Shown: one piece after another, positions 32,179 to 41,626 of the stretch
How the letters are laid out: each line of letters opens with the position of its first letter
How positions within the stretch are numbered: position 1 is the stretch's first letter
From: Candidatus Ozemobacteraceae bacterium
Lineage (GTDB): Bacteria > Muiribacteriota > Ozemobacteria > Ozemobacterales > Ozemobacteraceae
Reading direction: 5' to 3'
Assembly (NCBI GenBank): GCA_965140445.1
Contig: OZ223236.1
Span: 1-64,000, forward strand
Length of the DNA stretch: 64,000 bases
Translations under genes and position numbers: made by a program
Notes under the pieces: model-generated
What the model was told of the DNA's origin: nothing
Databases searched by the model: none
What the model saw: the letters and a program-made list of their open reading frames with translations, nothing else

Positions 32179-33114
32179 TTATTTTTTATTTCGGGGTCGA
32201 ACGACGATTTCACTTGGTGCCCTCATATCGAGGTAGATTGGTTCTACATTATTCTTTCTCAGGTTGTCAAGAAGTGCACGCAAAAAAAGATAACGTTTTT
32301 TGAAATCTTCGAGGCTCCGAGGGAAAACTTTCTCCCCTGAAAGCAAGTAAACATAGGGGTTTTGTAAGCTAAATAAATTAATTTCGGACAGTTGAGATAA
32401 AATTTCTGGTCCCAAAAAATTTATCCACTTCCGTGCAGTAAAAAAACCATCATTATCTAAAAGCGAATCACCCGGTCTACTAGTTTCAAGATTCAGACCA
32501 GTAATAATGGGAAAATTAAAATCTGGCGTGGATCTTATGCTCATAACTACGCCATCTGAAGCTATTTCTAAAAAGGATGCCCCAACTTTTGCATATAAGA
32601 ATGGTTTTCTTTCATCAACCAACAATCTAAGATTATAAAGACCTTCCAGCTTTACTTCTGCGCTCTTTATAAATGGATTGCCCAAAAGTCTTTGCTTAAT
32701 TCCATCTCTGTCTATCAGCAGAACATTTAGCCCAGGAGCAATTCCTGCAATTTTCAAAACACTATTTTTTGTTAAATACGAATTCCCGCTCACCTCAATT
32801 TTTTTCAGCTCAAAATAAGATGTGCCAAAAAAAATGTGTTTTAACTGAACCAACGATAAATAGCACAGACTTATGATTATGAGAGTAAATCCGAGGACTT
32901 TCAGCGGGCCAACAAACCGGGACAAATTTTGCAGCCGGGATCTATATTTTCGTTGCCTTAACTTTTCTCTGGTATTATCCGGTAAAGTTCTTTTTGGTGG
33001 CAACAAGTACGCACGCTTATTATTGGATAGATCTTCTGACAAAACAGCACCGCTTAAAAAATTAATCTGGAACTTTGATAATATCACTGCACGAGCACAA
33101 CTTACAAGAGACAA
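32179..33114 (-). CDS. ftsQ: Cell division protein FtsQ/DivIB (start may be TTG 33042)
   Basis: One TM, POTRA-like region (IEVSGNSYL...PFIKSAEV), C-terminal YLDMR; lies between murG and ftsA. Confidence 0.85.
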   Translation of the reverse strand: MSLVSCARAVILSKFQINFLSGAVLSEDLSNNKRAYLLPPKRTLPDNTREKLRQRKYRSRLQNLSRFVGPLKVLGFTLIIISLCYLSLVQLKHIFFGTSYFELKKIEVSGNSYLTKNSVLKIAGIAPGLNVLLIDRDGIKQRLLGNPFIKSAEVKLEGLYNLRLLVDERKPFLYAKVGASFLEIASDGVVMSIRSTPDFNFPIITGLNLETSRPGDSLLDNDGFFTARKWINFLGPEILSQLSEINLFSLQNPYVYLLSGEKVFPRSLEDFKKRYLFLRALLDNLRKNNVEPIYLDMRAPSEIVVRPRNKK

Positions 33115-33122
33115 TTTATTAG

Positions 33123-34217
33123 CTAATTCTTATTAATAAAAAAGTCCTTAATGAGCCCAACAATTCGACCTTCCACATCAGCTGGTCGAGTTTTTTTCAT
33201 ATTTTCTGCCATCTGAACGAGCTGCCCACCATCTTTTAACTTGGTTAAAGCGTCTCCCAAAGATTCTCCGTTCAGGTTTCTGTCTAAAATTACATTTGCA
33301 GCACCTGACTTTTCTAAAACCCGTGCATTTTTTTCCTGATGATTGTCTGTTGCAAAAGGAAAAGGAACAAGAATAGCTGGTTTTGCACAAACAGCTATTT
33401 CAGCAAGAATTGTTGCACCCGCTCGTGAAACAAGCACATCCGCAACAGAAAAAGCCTCTTTCATTTCATGTAGATACGGAAGCAATATATATTGATCTCC
33501 CACGGCCTCTGTTTCAGTTTTTACCATTTCAAAATCCCGCTCGCCACAAATATGCAGAATTTTTACATCGGGATTTTTCTTCAGCCAGGTTTTCGTTAAC
33601 TCAATACAAGCACGATTTATAGATAAAGCCCCTCTTGAGCCACCAACAAAAAGCACCCAAAACTCGCCGTCCTTTTTATCAAATCGGTTTTTATCTGTCT
33701 CCAGACTTAAAAAAAAGCTTCTTACAGGGTTTCCCGTAGCAAAAACTCTTTTATTATCTACCTGATAAGCAGATTCATAAGTTAAAAAAACAGCCTTAGC
33801 GGACTTGGCAAACAACCTGTTGGTAACCCCCATTGCCGCATTCTGTTCATGAATAACAGCGGGAATTCCAAGCAGACGAGCCGCCATCAAAACGGGGAAA
33901 GCTACGTATCCCCCCGTTGTAACAACAAAGTCTGGCTTAAACTTTCTTAGATGGCAAACAGCATCAATTATTCCAAGAAAATTAGCAAATGGAAAAGAAA
34001 ACCACTTGAAACTTACGCCACGAGGCATACCCTGGGCTCTAACCGAAAGAAAAGGCAGCCCTTCGACTCGCCCTACAATTTTTGCTTCCATACCTGAATC
34101 CAGCCCTACATAGGCCGTTTCAAGTTCATTGCCAAATTCCTGCAGCAACTTTTCTCTTATAGCTAGAGCAGGATAAATATGCCCGCCTGTTCCTCCACCG
34201 CTAAAAATCACTCTCAT
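33123..34217 (-). CDS. murG: MurG glycosyltransferase
   Basis: GGGTGGHIYPA, HEQN, GNPVR, GGSRGA, SRAGA, HQEKNA. Confidence 0.96.
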   Translation of the reverse strand: MRVIFSGGGTGGHIYPALAIREKLLQEFGNELETAYVGLDSGMEAKIVGRVEGLPFLSVRAQGMPRGVSFKWFSFPFANFLGIIDAVCHLRKFKPDFVVTTGGYVAFPVLMAARLLGIPAVIHEQNAAMGVTNRLFAKSAKAVFLTYESAYQVDNKRVFATGNPVRSFFLSLETDKNRFDKKDGEFWVLFVGGSRGALSINRACIELTKTWLKKNPDVKILHICGERDFEMVKTETEAVGDQYILLPYLHEMKEAFSVADVLVSRAGATILAEIAVCAKPAILVPFPFATDNHQEKNARVLEKSGAANVILDRNLNGESLGDALTKLKDGGQLVQMAENMKKTRPADVEGRIVGLIKDFFINKN

Positions 34218-34220
34218 CTG

Positions 34221-35402
34221 CTATCTTTTTCTCCCTCCCATATCAGCTTTTGGTGCTGAAAACCATTTTGAAAATGGTCGCTCTCTTTTGTCTTCAAAAA
34301 CATTCTTTTCAGAACCATATCTGGAAATGTTCAACAAAATTCCAATTGATATAGCAAGAAAAACAAGGCTTGAACCCCCATAGCTGATAAAAGGTAATGT
34401 AATCCCAGTAGTCGGCATTAAACTTACAACAACAGCAATATTAATAATTACCTGAAGCCCAATAATTATTGTAATTCCCGATGCCAGCAAAAACCCAAAC
34501 AAATCAGGGGAACGGCTTGCAATATAAAGTCCACGCCATACCAGTATAAAAAACAACAAAATAACCAATGCCCCACCCAAAAGACCAAGCTCTTCGCAAA
34601 TAATTGCGAAAATAAAATCAGTGTGCCTTTCAGGAAGGATAAAAAACTTCTGCCTGCTCTGACCTAGACCCAGGCCCAAAAAACCACCCGAGCCAATGGC
34701 AACAAGCGACTGAATAATATGATACCCACTGGTCTGCGCGTTTTCCCATGGGTTTAAAAATGCCCAGTATCTTTTCACGCGGTAACCCGCCTGGAAAATC
34801 AACGCAAAAACAAGAACAACTCCGCTACCAATCATTCCGCCAAGATGAAATAGTGAGCCATTTCCAAGGAAGAATAATAAAACATAGGTCCCGCCAATTA
34901 ACGTAGCAGTAGAAAGGTTTGGCCCTTTATAAACCAGAAAAAACAAAGTCGCAGTAACCAAAGCGTCGGGAAGAACACCATAAAGAAAACTTTTTATTTT
35001 TTCCTGCCTCGAAGCTATGGAATGGCATAAATAAAGAATAAAGCACAACTTACTAAACTCCGAGGGCTGAAATCCAAATGCGCCAAATCGAATCCAGCGC
35101 CTCGCGCCACCAATATCCCTGGAAACACCCGGGATAAGGACTAAAACCAACAAAAACACAGCCACACCAAGTAAAGGAACTGAAATCTTTTCCAGCTTTT
35201 TATAGGGCACGTGCGAAAACACCAACATAGACATAAGGCCTGCAAAAACCCACATCAACTGGCGCTTAAAATAATAAAGACCGTCAGATCTAACCGCAAT
35301 AGAAGTTACTGAACTGGCAGAATATACCATAATCAGTCCAACGCCCATTAGCGCTACAACTACAAACAGTAATATATGATCGAAGTGACCCGATTTATTC
35401 AT
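34221..35402 (-). CDS. ftsW: FtsW SEDS peptidoglycan polymerase
   Basis: MVYSAS, GARRW, FQPSEF.K, LPERHTDFIF, LPFISYGGSS. Confidence 0.94.
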   Translation of the reverse strand: MNKSGHFDHILLFVVVALMGVGLIMVYSASSVTSIAVRSDGLYYFKRQLMWVFAGLMSMLVFSHVPYKKLEKISVPLLGVAVFLLVLVLIPGVSRDIGGARRWIRFGAFGFQPSEFSKLCFILYLCHSIASRQEKIKSFLYGVLPDALVTATLFFLVYKGPNLSTATLIGGTYVLLFFLGNGSLFHLGGMIGSGVVLVFALIFQAGYRVKRYWAFLNPWENAQTSGYHIIQSLVAIGSGGFLGLGLGQSRQKFFILPERHTDFIFAIICEELGLLGGALVILLFFILVWRGLYIASRSPDLFGFLLASGITIIIGLQVIINIAVVVSLMPTTGITLPFISYGGSSLVFLAISIGILLNISRYGSEKNVFEDKRERPFSKWFSAPKADMGGRKR

Positions 35403-35404
35403 AT

Positions 35405-36760
35405 TCAGTCAAGCGCCATTACCAAGTCTTTAAATCTTTTTCCACGAACTTCGAAGTTAGGAAACAAGTCATAACTACTGCACGACGGCGACAACAATAC
35501 CGTGTCTCCAGAGTCGGCCCAATCTGCAGCGAGTTCGACTGCGTTTTCAAAAGAAGATGCAACCTTGATTTCTACCAGCCCTTCAAGAGCCGATCTGAAC
35601 CTTTGTCTTGCTTCTCCATATAGAACAACGCCTTTGGAATGTTTCCGCAAAGTCTCAACCCATTCGGAAAGATCTGTGCCCTTATCTCTGCCCCCGGCAA
35701 TTAAAATAAGAGGTTGTTCACATGCTTTTAATGCAATAACTGTAGCTTTACAATTAGTCCCCTTGGAGTCATTAATGTATGTAACTCCATTTCGCTCCCG
35801 CACCCATTCCAGGCGATGCTCGACTCCAGTAAAGTTTTCAACAACATCCTGCAGTTTTGCACTGTCCACACCGGCCAAAATGGCTGCAATAGAGGCGGCC
35901 ATAATGTTTTCTATATTGTGAGAACCCATTATTTTGGCGCAGCTTGTTTTAAACAAGTTTTTTTCAATTCCATTTTCGTCTCGAAAAACAATAACCTTTT
36001 CCCGAACAAAAATTGCCGGTTTTAAACCTTCCACATTCCAGCCGAACCAGGCCACCTTGCATTTAACCTCACGCGATAATTCATGCATATCGGGCTGATC
36101 GGCATTCAAAATAAGCCAACCGTTTTCATCCATATTTAATGCAATTCTACGCTTTGCATCTTTATAGGCTTTATAACTTGGGTATCGATCAAGATGATTT
36201 TCAAAGAAATTCGTAATAATGGCAATATCAGGAGTAAATTTTGAAATAGTCTCTAACTGGAAACTACTCACTTCAAGCACCTGAACAGAGTCCATAGAAG
36301 TTTTGGCAGCAAATTTCATCATTGGAATACCAATATTGCCACCAAGAAAAACTGAATTAAACTGCTTCTCGCAAAATTCTGCAAGCAGTGTAGTTGTAGT
36401 CGTTTTTCCGTTGCTACCAGTAATGACCAGACGCTTTCCCTGAGAAATCCTATACGCAATCTCAATTTCAGAATAAACGGGAATACCTAGTTTATCAGCC
36501 TTCAATAAAATGGGGATATCAGTGCGAACTCCTGGACTTAGAACAATAAATTCTGAGTCAAGAACCTTTTCTGTATGACCACCAGCTTCATAAGTTACCT
36601 TATCAAGCAAATCATTTTCGCCAAGAACCTTTTCAAGCTTTTCAATTGCCTGAATGTCTGAAATGAATACCTTTGCACCAAGTTCGCAAAGGCTTGTAGC
36701 CGCTGCCAATCCGCTTTTAGCAGCACCAACAATACTAATAGCCTGCCCTTTAGGGTTCAT
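35405..36760 (-). CDS. murD: UDP-MurNAc-L-Ala:D-Glu ligase
   Basis: LSPG, ITGSNGKTT, EVSSFQL, HLDRY, NDSKGTN, LLSP.C.SYD.F. Confidence 0.96.
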   Translation of the reverse strand: MNPKGQAISIVGAAKSGLAAATSLCELGAKVFISDIQAIEKLEKVLGENDLLDKVTYEAGGHTEKVLDSEFIVLSPGVRTDIPILLKADKLGIPVYSEIEIAYRISQGKRLVITGSNGKTTTTTLLAEFCEKQFNSVFLGGNIGIPMMKFAAKTSMDSVQVLEVSSFQLETISKFTPDIAIITNFFENHLDRYPSYKAYKDAKRRIALNMDENGWLILNADQPDMHELSREVKCKVAWFGWNVEGLKPAIFVREKVIVFRDENGIEKNLFKTSCAKIMGSHNIENIMAASIAAILAGVDSAKLQDVVENFTGVEHRLEWVRERNGVTYINDSKGTNCKATVIALKACEQPLILIAGGRDKGTDLSEWVETLRKHSKGVVLYGEARQRFRSALEGLVEIKVASSFENAVELAADWADSGDTVLLSPSCSSYDLFPNFEVRGKRFKDLVMALD

Positions 36761-36900
36761 TGTCTGCCTCTTTGATATTTAATGGCACAATAATAGCACA
36801 GTGTGCATTAAACGACAAATCTCAACAAATTGAAATCCAACTAAAAAAAACCTACAAATTTAACACTAAAAACTTCCAAATCTACAAACTTGGAAAAAAG

Positions 36901-38229
36901 CTACTTAAGCTTTCTTACCGGAACATTTGTCTTATGAGAAAGCCTTACCAATTCGGCAAATTCAGGACGTAAATCTTCTGTCCCATCTACCTCAAAGACT
37001 TTTTTAGCATTAACAGATTCAGAGCAAACTTCCATTTCTGTCGCTTCTCTTTTTAAGATTCTTCTTTCTACAATCCTTTTTCTCAGCCCAATAGTAGGAA
37101 GTTCATTAAAAATCATTTCTTCGAGTTCTTCAGCTTTCTGGTGACAGGCAAGAACTGTTAGAACAATTCCAGGTCTGCCCTTTTTCATCATCACATGACT
37201 AATAGTGACATCCAAAGCCCCGCAATTCATAAGAAGTTCAGCCACATGCCCGACAAGCTCTCCGGTGGCATTATCAATATTAGTCTGAAGCTCTACAACA
37301 GAATCAATTAGGATTTTTTTTTTAGTGTCTTTTGTTCCAGTGCTCAAAAATGCTCTTAAAAAATTTGGGCGCCCAATCTCTTTGCTACCTAGACCATGCC
37401 CTACTTCATTAAAAACAAAATTATCAGGCATTCCCGCTACAGCATTCATTCCCTTTAAAATTGCGGCACCGGTAGGAGTCGTCAACTCATATGGCACATC
37501 TGATTCAGACCGGATAGGATAGCCTGCCAACAATAATGAGGTAGCAGGCGCTGGCACAGGAATATTTCCATGAGCACACTTCACCATTCCGGAACCAACA
37601 GAGATCGTAGAAACTCTTACTTCGCTGACACCAAGATTATCAAAGCAAACAGCTACACCAACTATATCAGCGATACTGTCTCTTGCTCCAACTTCATGAA
37701 AATGAACATCTTCGAGCCCCTTGCCATGAATTCTGGCTTCAGACTCCCCCAATACTTTGAAACAATTTTCAGCAATCTTCTTCGCATTTTCAGTCATATC
37801 AGCACTTTGAATCATGCTTTTGATAGCAGTGAAGCCTCTGTGGGGAGCATGTCCATGATCGTGATCATGAGTGTGATCGTGAGGGTGAGCGTGAGTGTGA
37901 TCGTGATCGTGATCGTGACCGTGATCGTGATCATGAGCGTGATCGTGAGCGTGAGCGTGATCGTGGTCGTGGTCGTGAGCGTGAGTGTGGTCGTGGTCGT
38001 GGTCGTGGTCGCTTTCAGCCTTTACATGGTCTTCAAGGGTATTGAAATACTTTCCTCTAATCCCATGAGTAAGCCTCTCTTCAAAAATAAGCTCTATCTT
38101 TCCCTCTTCAAAATACATTGAGCTTAAAGCCTTTTTAACAAGTGCAAAATCTGCGCCCAGATCCAGCAACGATGCCAAAGCCATATTTCCAGCTATCCCA
38201 CTTGAACAATCCCAATATAATATTGTCAT
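36901..38229 (-). CDS. larC: Nickel-pincer cofactor biosynthesis protein LarC with long His-rich insert
   Basis: SGIAGNM, EA.IHG, VHFHEVG..DS, CAHG..PVPAPAT, ELTTPTGAA, TNID, MKKGRPG. Confidence 0.92.
   Translation of the reverse strand: MTILYWDCSSGIAGNMALASLLDLGADFALVKKALSSMYFEEGKIELIFEERLTHGIRGKYFNTLEDHVKAESDHDHDHDHTHAHDHDHDHAHAHDHAHDHDHGHDHDHDHTHAHPHDHTHDHDHGHAPHRGFTAIKSMIQSADMTENAKKIAENCFKVLGESEARIHGKGLEDVHFHEVGARDSIADIVGVAVCFDNLGVSEVRVSTISVGSGMVKCAHGNIPVPAPATSLLLAGYPIRSESDVPYELTTPTGAAILKGMNAVAGMPDNFVFNEVGHGLGSKEIGRPNFLRAFLSTGTKDTKKKILIDSVVELQTNIDNATGELVGHVAELLMNCGALDVTISHVMMKKGRPGIVLTVLACHQKAEELEEMIFNELPTIGLRKRIVERRILKREATEMEVCSESVNAKKVFEVDGTEDLRPEFAELVRLSHKTNVPVRKLK
37849..38010 (-). 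repeat. Degenerate hexamer tandem repeat encoding 27 consecutive X-His dipeptides
   Basis: CACGAC/CACGAT/CACGCT/CACACT units encode DHDHDHDHTHAH...DHGH. Confidence 0.95.
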
Positions 38230-38990
38230 TTCTGTATTCCCTTCAAAATTCTAATGGCCGCCACTGCTGCACCAAAACCATTATCAATATTAACCACTGT
38301 TATTCCTGCAGAGCAGCTATTTAACATTCCCAGTAATGCTGAAACACCGCCAAAGCTTGCGCCATAACCCACCGAAGTGGGAACAGCAATAACTGGCCTG
38401 GCAACCAATCCGCCTACTACGCTTGGCAAAGCCCCTTCCATTCCCGCAACAACAATAACTGCGTCAGCATTACTTATTCTATCCATTCTGTCAAATAGTC
38501 GATGAATTCCTGCAACTCCAACGTCAAAAACTCTTTCAACCTGAAACCCAGAAAATTCTAAAGTTACTGCCGCCTCTTCTGAAACAGGTAAATCTGAGGT
38601 TCCAGCGGCAACAACTGCAACAGAAAGGCCAGCGCATATCTCAATGTCGTTTCTAATCCATGCAATTCTGGAAATTTCACTAATATTTACACCAGCGATT
38701 TCGCTTTTCAAGGCAGCAATAGTATCATCAGAGCATCTTGTTGCTAAAGCTTTGCCACTTCTTTTTTCCATCAGTTTAAAAATCTCAACAACCTGCGAGG
38801 GTGTTTTTGATTCGGCGTAAATAGCCTCAGGAAAACCAACCCTGATCTCTCGACCAAGATCAATTACAGCAGAATCAGTTTCCACATCATGGGAAAAAAT
38901 ACCATGCAAGTTGGCTTCGGCCTCAGATGCTGAAAGCGTGCCGTTTTTAAAGCTTTCAAGAATTTTCCTTAATCTTAGATCAGTTGGCAT
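38226..38990 (-). CDS. larB: Nickel-pincer cofactor biosynthesis protein LarB
   Basis: R.GFPE, AGTSDLPV.EEA, DVGVAG.HR, AGMEGALPSV, PTSVGYG, VNIDNGFGA. Confidence 0.95.
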   Translation of the reverse strand: MPTDLRLRKILESFKNGTLSASEAEANLHGIFSHDVETDSAVIDLGREIRVGFPEAIYAESKTPSQVVEIFKLMEKRSGKALATRCSDDTIAALKSEIAGVNISEISRIAWIRNDIEICAGLSVAVVAAGTSDLPVSEEAAVTLEFSGFQVERVFDVGVAGIHRLFDRMDRISNADAVIVVAGMEGALPSVVGGLVARPVIAVPTSVGYGASFGGVSALLGMLNSCSAGITVVNIDNGFGAAVAAIRILKGIQK

Positions 38991-39001
38991 TTCTTATTTT
39001 C

Positions 39002-40486
39002 TCAACTCATATATTTATAACGCGTATAACCAGATTTACCGGCAACAGTAACAGGTTTAAGAATCATTCCAGTCTCCGCCGGCAATTCAAAATCAATAAA
39101 CCCACTGTGGGAAAAGAACTTTTTACCAGAAATCAAATCAATGAATTCGGTATTATCATGTATTCTACCATCTCTGATCTGCATGTAATCTTGAATTTTT
39201 TTCGAAGAAGCATTTACTGCTACAACAATAGTTTCACAGACCTGATCTGTATATCTTAGAAAACAAAAAGTCTTTCCAGAGTTCAGAAATGAAATATCTC
39301 CAATTCTGAGGGCAGTTTCAGTCTTTCTAATTTCCAAAAGCTTTTTATGAAATTTCAGAATTGAAGGATTCCTGGAAACCGTCTTCCAATCCATTGCAGC
39401 CCTCTGCTCTGGATCATTAACCCCTCTTGAACCAATCTCGCTTCCGTAATACATACAAATCGCCCCTGGCAAAGAAAATTGAAGAATCCTGGCAAGCATT
39501 TGTTTCTTGCCGGAAAGAACAGAAGCGAGTCTTGGAGTATCATGATTATCTAATACCAACCAGGCCCTAAGCATATGCTCTATGCCAGAATCAGCAACCA
39601 TTGTTTCATATAGTGCCCTGGCTTCCGCAGCAGAAATGCAGCCCGAAGTAAGTCTTAGAATAATTGACCTTGCATGCATATTCATAACCCCATCAACAGC
39701 TGGATACCAGCATGATGGAAAGTTCCATATTTCTCCAACTACTGAGCAATCTGACTTTTGCTCATGGGCCGAATCCGTTATTTCTTTCAATATATCCAGC
39801 CCAAATTCATAAGCAACATCAAGTCGCCACCCATCAATTTTTTCATTTGCCAGATAACTTTTAACTATTGAATCTTTGCCTTTATAAAGCCACTGCTTAA
39901 CTTCAGGATTATCCAAATTCAACTCAGGAAGGTTTTCGACCCCATTCCAACCAATAGATTTTCCTTCTGGACAGAATCTAAAGTGAGATGATGCATCTTT
40001 TTTGTCCGATTTTGCATTCAAAAATTTAGGGCTGCCAGCTCCCATGTGGTTAAAAACACCATCCAAAATGACTCTAATATCATTGGTATGAAGTTCTTCA
40101 ACCAATCTTTTCAGTTCAGCTCTGGAACCAAATGCCGGATCAACGTTCTCATAGTCCCAGGTGTCATATTTATGGTTTGTTAAGGACTCAAAAATTGGAT
40201 TCAAATACAAAACATCAATCTTGAGACTCTTAAGGTAATCTATTTTAGTAGCCAGACTTTCCAGATCACCGCCCCAGAATTCCAGCTCATGACTCCAAAG
40301 GCCTTGTCCATGAATCTTTTTCCCTTTTTTGGGCTTATCGGTCCACTTTTTTAAGATTCTTGGCGATTCATAAAAGCATTTTTTTTCAAAAATCTTTGCA
40401 GACGGAACAAATCGATCAACTATGACCTGATAAATTACCGGACCAACACGCCAATCTCTTTTTCTTAAAGAAAAATCCGTCTTCAT
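39002..40486 (-). CDS. GH13 alpha-amylase family (neopullulanase/cyclomaltodextrinase-like) enzyme
   Basis: YQVIVDRF, GGDL, NHKYD, LDGVFNH, DGWRLDVA, GEIW, DNHD. Confidence 0.9.
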   Translation of the reverse strand: MKTDFSLRKRDWRVGPVIYQVIVDRFVPSAKIFEKKCFYESPRILKKWTDKPKKGKKIHGQGLWSHELEFWGGDLESLATKIDYLKSLKIDVLYLNPIFESLTNHKYDTWDYENVDPAFGSRAELKRLVEELHTNDIRVILDGVFNHMGAGSPKFLNAKSDKKDASSHFRFCPEGKSIGWNGVENLPELNLDNPEVKQWLYKGKDSIVKSYLANEKIDGWRLDVAYEFGLDILKEITDSAHEQKSDCSVVGEIWNFPSCWYPAVDGVMNMHARSIILRLTSGCISAAEARALYETMVADSGIEHMLRAWLVLDNHDTPRLASVLSGKKQMLARILQFSLPGAICMYYGSEIGSRGVNDPEQRAAMDWKTVSRNPSILKFHKKLLEIRKTETALRIGDISFLNSGKTFCFLRYTDQVCETIVVAVNASSKKIQDYMQIRDGRIHDNTEFIDLISGKKFFSHSGFIDFELPAETGMILKPVTVAGKSGYTRYKYMS

Positions 40487-40508
40487 TCAGCCTCCATGTA
40501 AAAAATAA

Positions 40509-41510
40509 CTATTCTTTTTCACTTTCACTTTCACTTTCACTACCGATTACACTCAGATCCGCCTTCCTATGACCGCCAATAAATACAACAGTTCCTAGTA
40601 ATACAGCAAACCATAATGTTACAGCTCTAATCAAAAAAGTCGCCGTCAAAGCCGTTGTTTTATCTATTGAAACAAAAAGAAAAAACATTCCTAAAGCTCC
40701 CTCTGTAACAAGCAATCCCCCAGGTAAAAATGATATTGCTCCCACAATTGAACTAAATGCGTGAGCAAAAATGGCTATTGCCAATAAATCTGGCTTATCA
40801 ACTCCAAGAGATTTAAAGATCAGAAACAGCGCAAAACCTTCGCCGGCCCAGGAAATTGCGCTGAGAGGAGCTGTTATTAAAATGGAAGAAAAAGATAGAA
40901 GATTCTGAGTACTCTCCTGAAGCGCATCAACAATTTTCTCCAGCTTTTTAAGTTTCTCAAAGCGAAGAATAAACTTGCGCGTAAAATCCCAAAAACCTTT
41001 TCTGGTCATTAAAATAATGCCTACAAAAAGAATGCAGCCAAGAATGACAAGAGTTTTTCCACCAAAAGCAAATCTTGAAAAACCAATGGAGCAAAGAATC
41101 AAAAGTCCAATCAGATCAGTCAGTCTTTCTGCAAATACTATAGGGGCTGTTCTCGAAACAGGGATCATGAATCTGGACTTCAAAAGCCAGGACTTAATCA
41201 GCTCTCCAAGCTTGCCGGGGCTCAACACCATTGTAAAAGCAGAAAAAAATACCCAAAGATTTTCCCTCAAGGGTATTTTTATTTCCAACTTTCTTAAAAA
41301 GAACTGCCATTTAGCAAACCTCAGCGCGTAATTAAAAAGCACAGCACAAATAATAGAGGCAAGAGCAGGCAAAGAAATTTTGCTTATTGCCGCAGCAACC
41401 TTTCCAAAATCGGATAAAAGGATAATTATGGTGATAAAAAATACGCCGCCAATCAGTATCCAAAATCCCAGTCGGCGGACCATTTCATTAATTGAGAATT
41501 GCTTTTTCAC
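40509..41510 (-). CDS. Flippase-like membrane protein (UPF0104 / LPG synthase TM family)
   Basis: LR..KW, PGKLGELIK, ERLTD, LPGGL...E; multiple TMs. Confidence 0.85.
   Translation of the reverse strand: MKKQFSINEMVRRLGFWILIGGVFFITIIILLSDFGKVAAAISKISLPALASIICAVLFNYALRFAKWQFFLRKLEIKIPLRENLWVFFSAFTMVLSPGKLGELIKSWLLKSRFMIPVSRTAPIVFAERLTDLIGLLILCSIGFSRFAFGGKTLVILGCILFVGIILMTRKGFWDFTRKFILRFEKLKKLEKIVDALQESTQNLLSFSSILITAPLSAISWAGEGFALFLIFKSLGVDKPDLLAIAIFAHAFSSIVGAISFLPGGLLVTEGALGMFFLFVSIDKTTALTATFLIRAVTLWFAVLLGTVVFIGGHRKADLSVIGSESESESEKE
40518..40541 (-). repeat. (AGTGAA)4 microsatellite encoding a C-terminal SESESESE tail
   Basis: Four perfect TTCACT units on the + strand. Confidence 0.85.
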
Positions 41511-41570
41511 GTTGCTATTTTTCCATAAAAGGCTTTTCTATTCAACTTAAAATTGCAATGGAGTTCGGAA

Positions 41571-41610
41571 AATAAAAACAGGGAGCTGCAAATTCAATGC
41601 AACTCCCTGC
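41571..41610 (-). terminator. Rho-independent terminator after the MCP gene
   Basis: GCAGGGAGTTGCA, loop, TGCAGCTCCCTGT, then T-tract on the - strand. Confidence 0.88.
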
Positions 41611-41626
41611 AGTTCACGTTTAAAGC

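Noticed and set aside
36760..36972. 70-aa + strand ORF and weak CTACAAA repeats between murD and larC
   Set aside because: Low-complexity AT-rich spacer with no RBS or protein features, and it overlaps larC antisense.
37849..38010. Repeat array as a possible CRISPR, and the V/I/S-rich antisense ORF 37570-38121
   Set aside because: The unit is 6 nt with no spacers and encodes the LarC His tract. The antisense ORF is its mirror.
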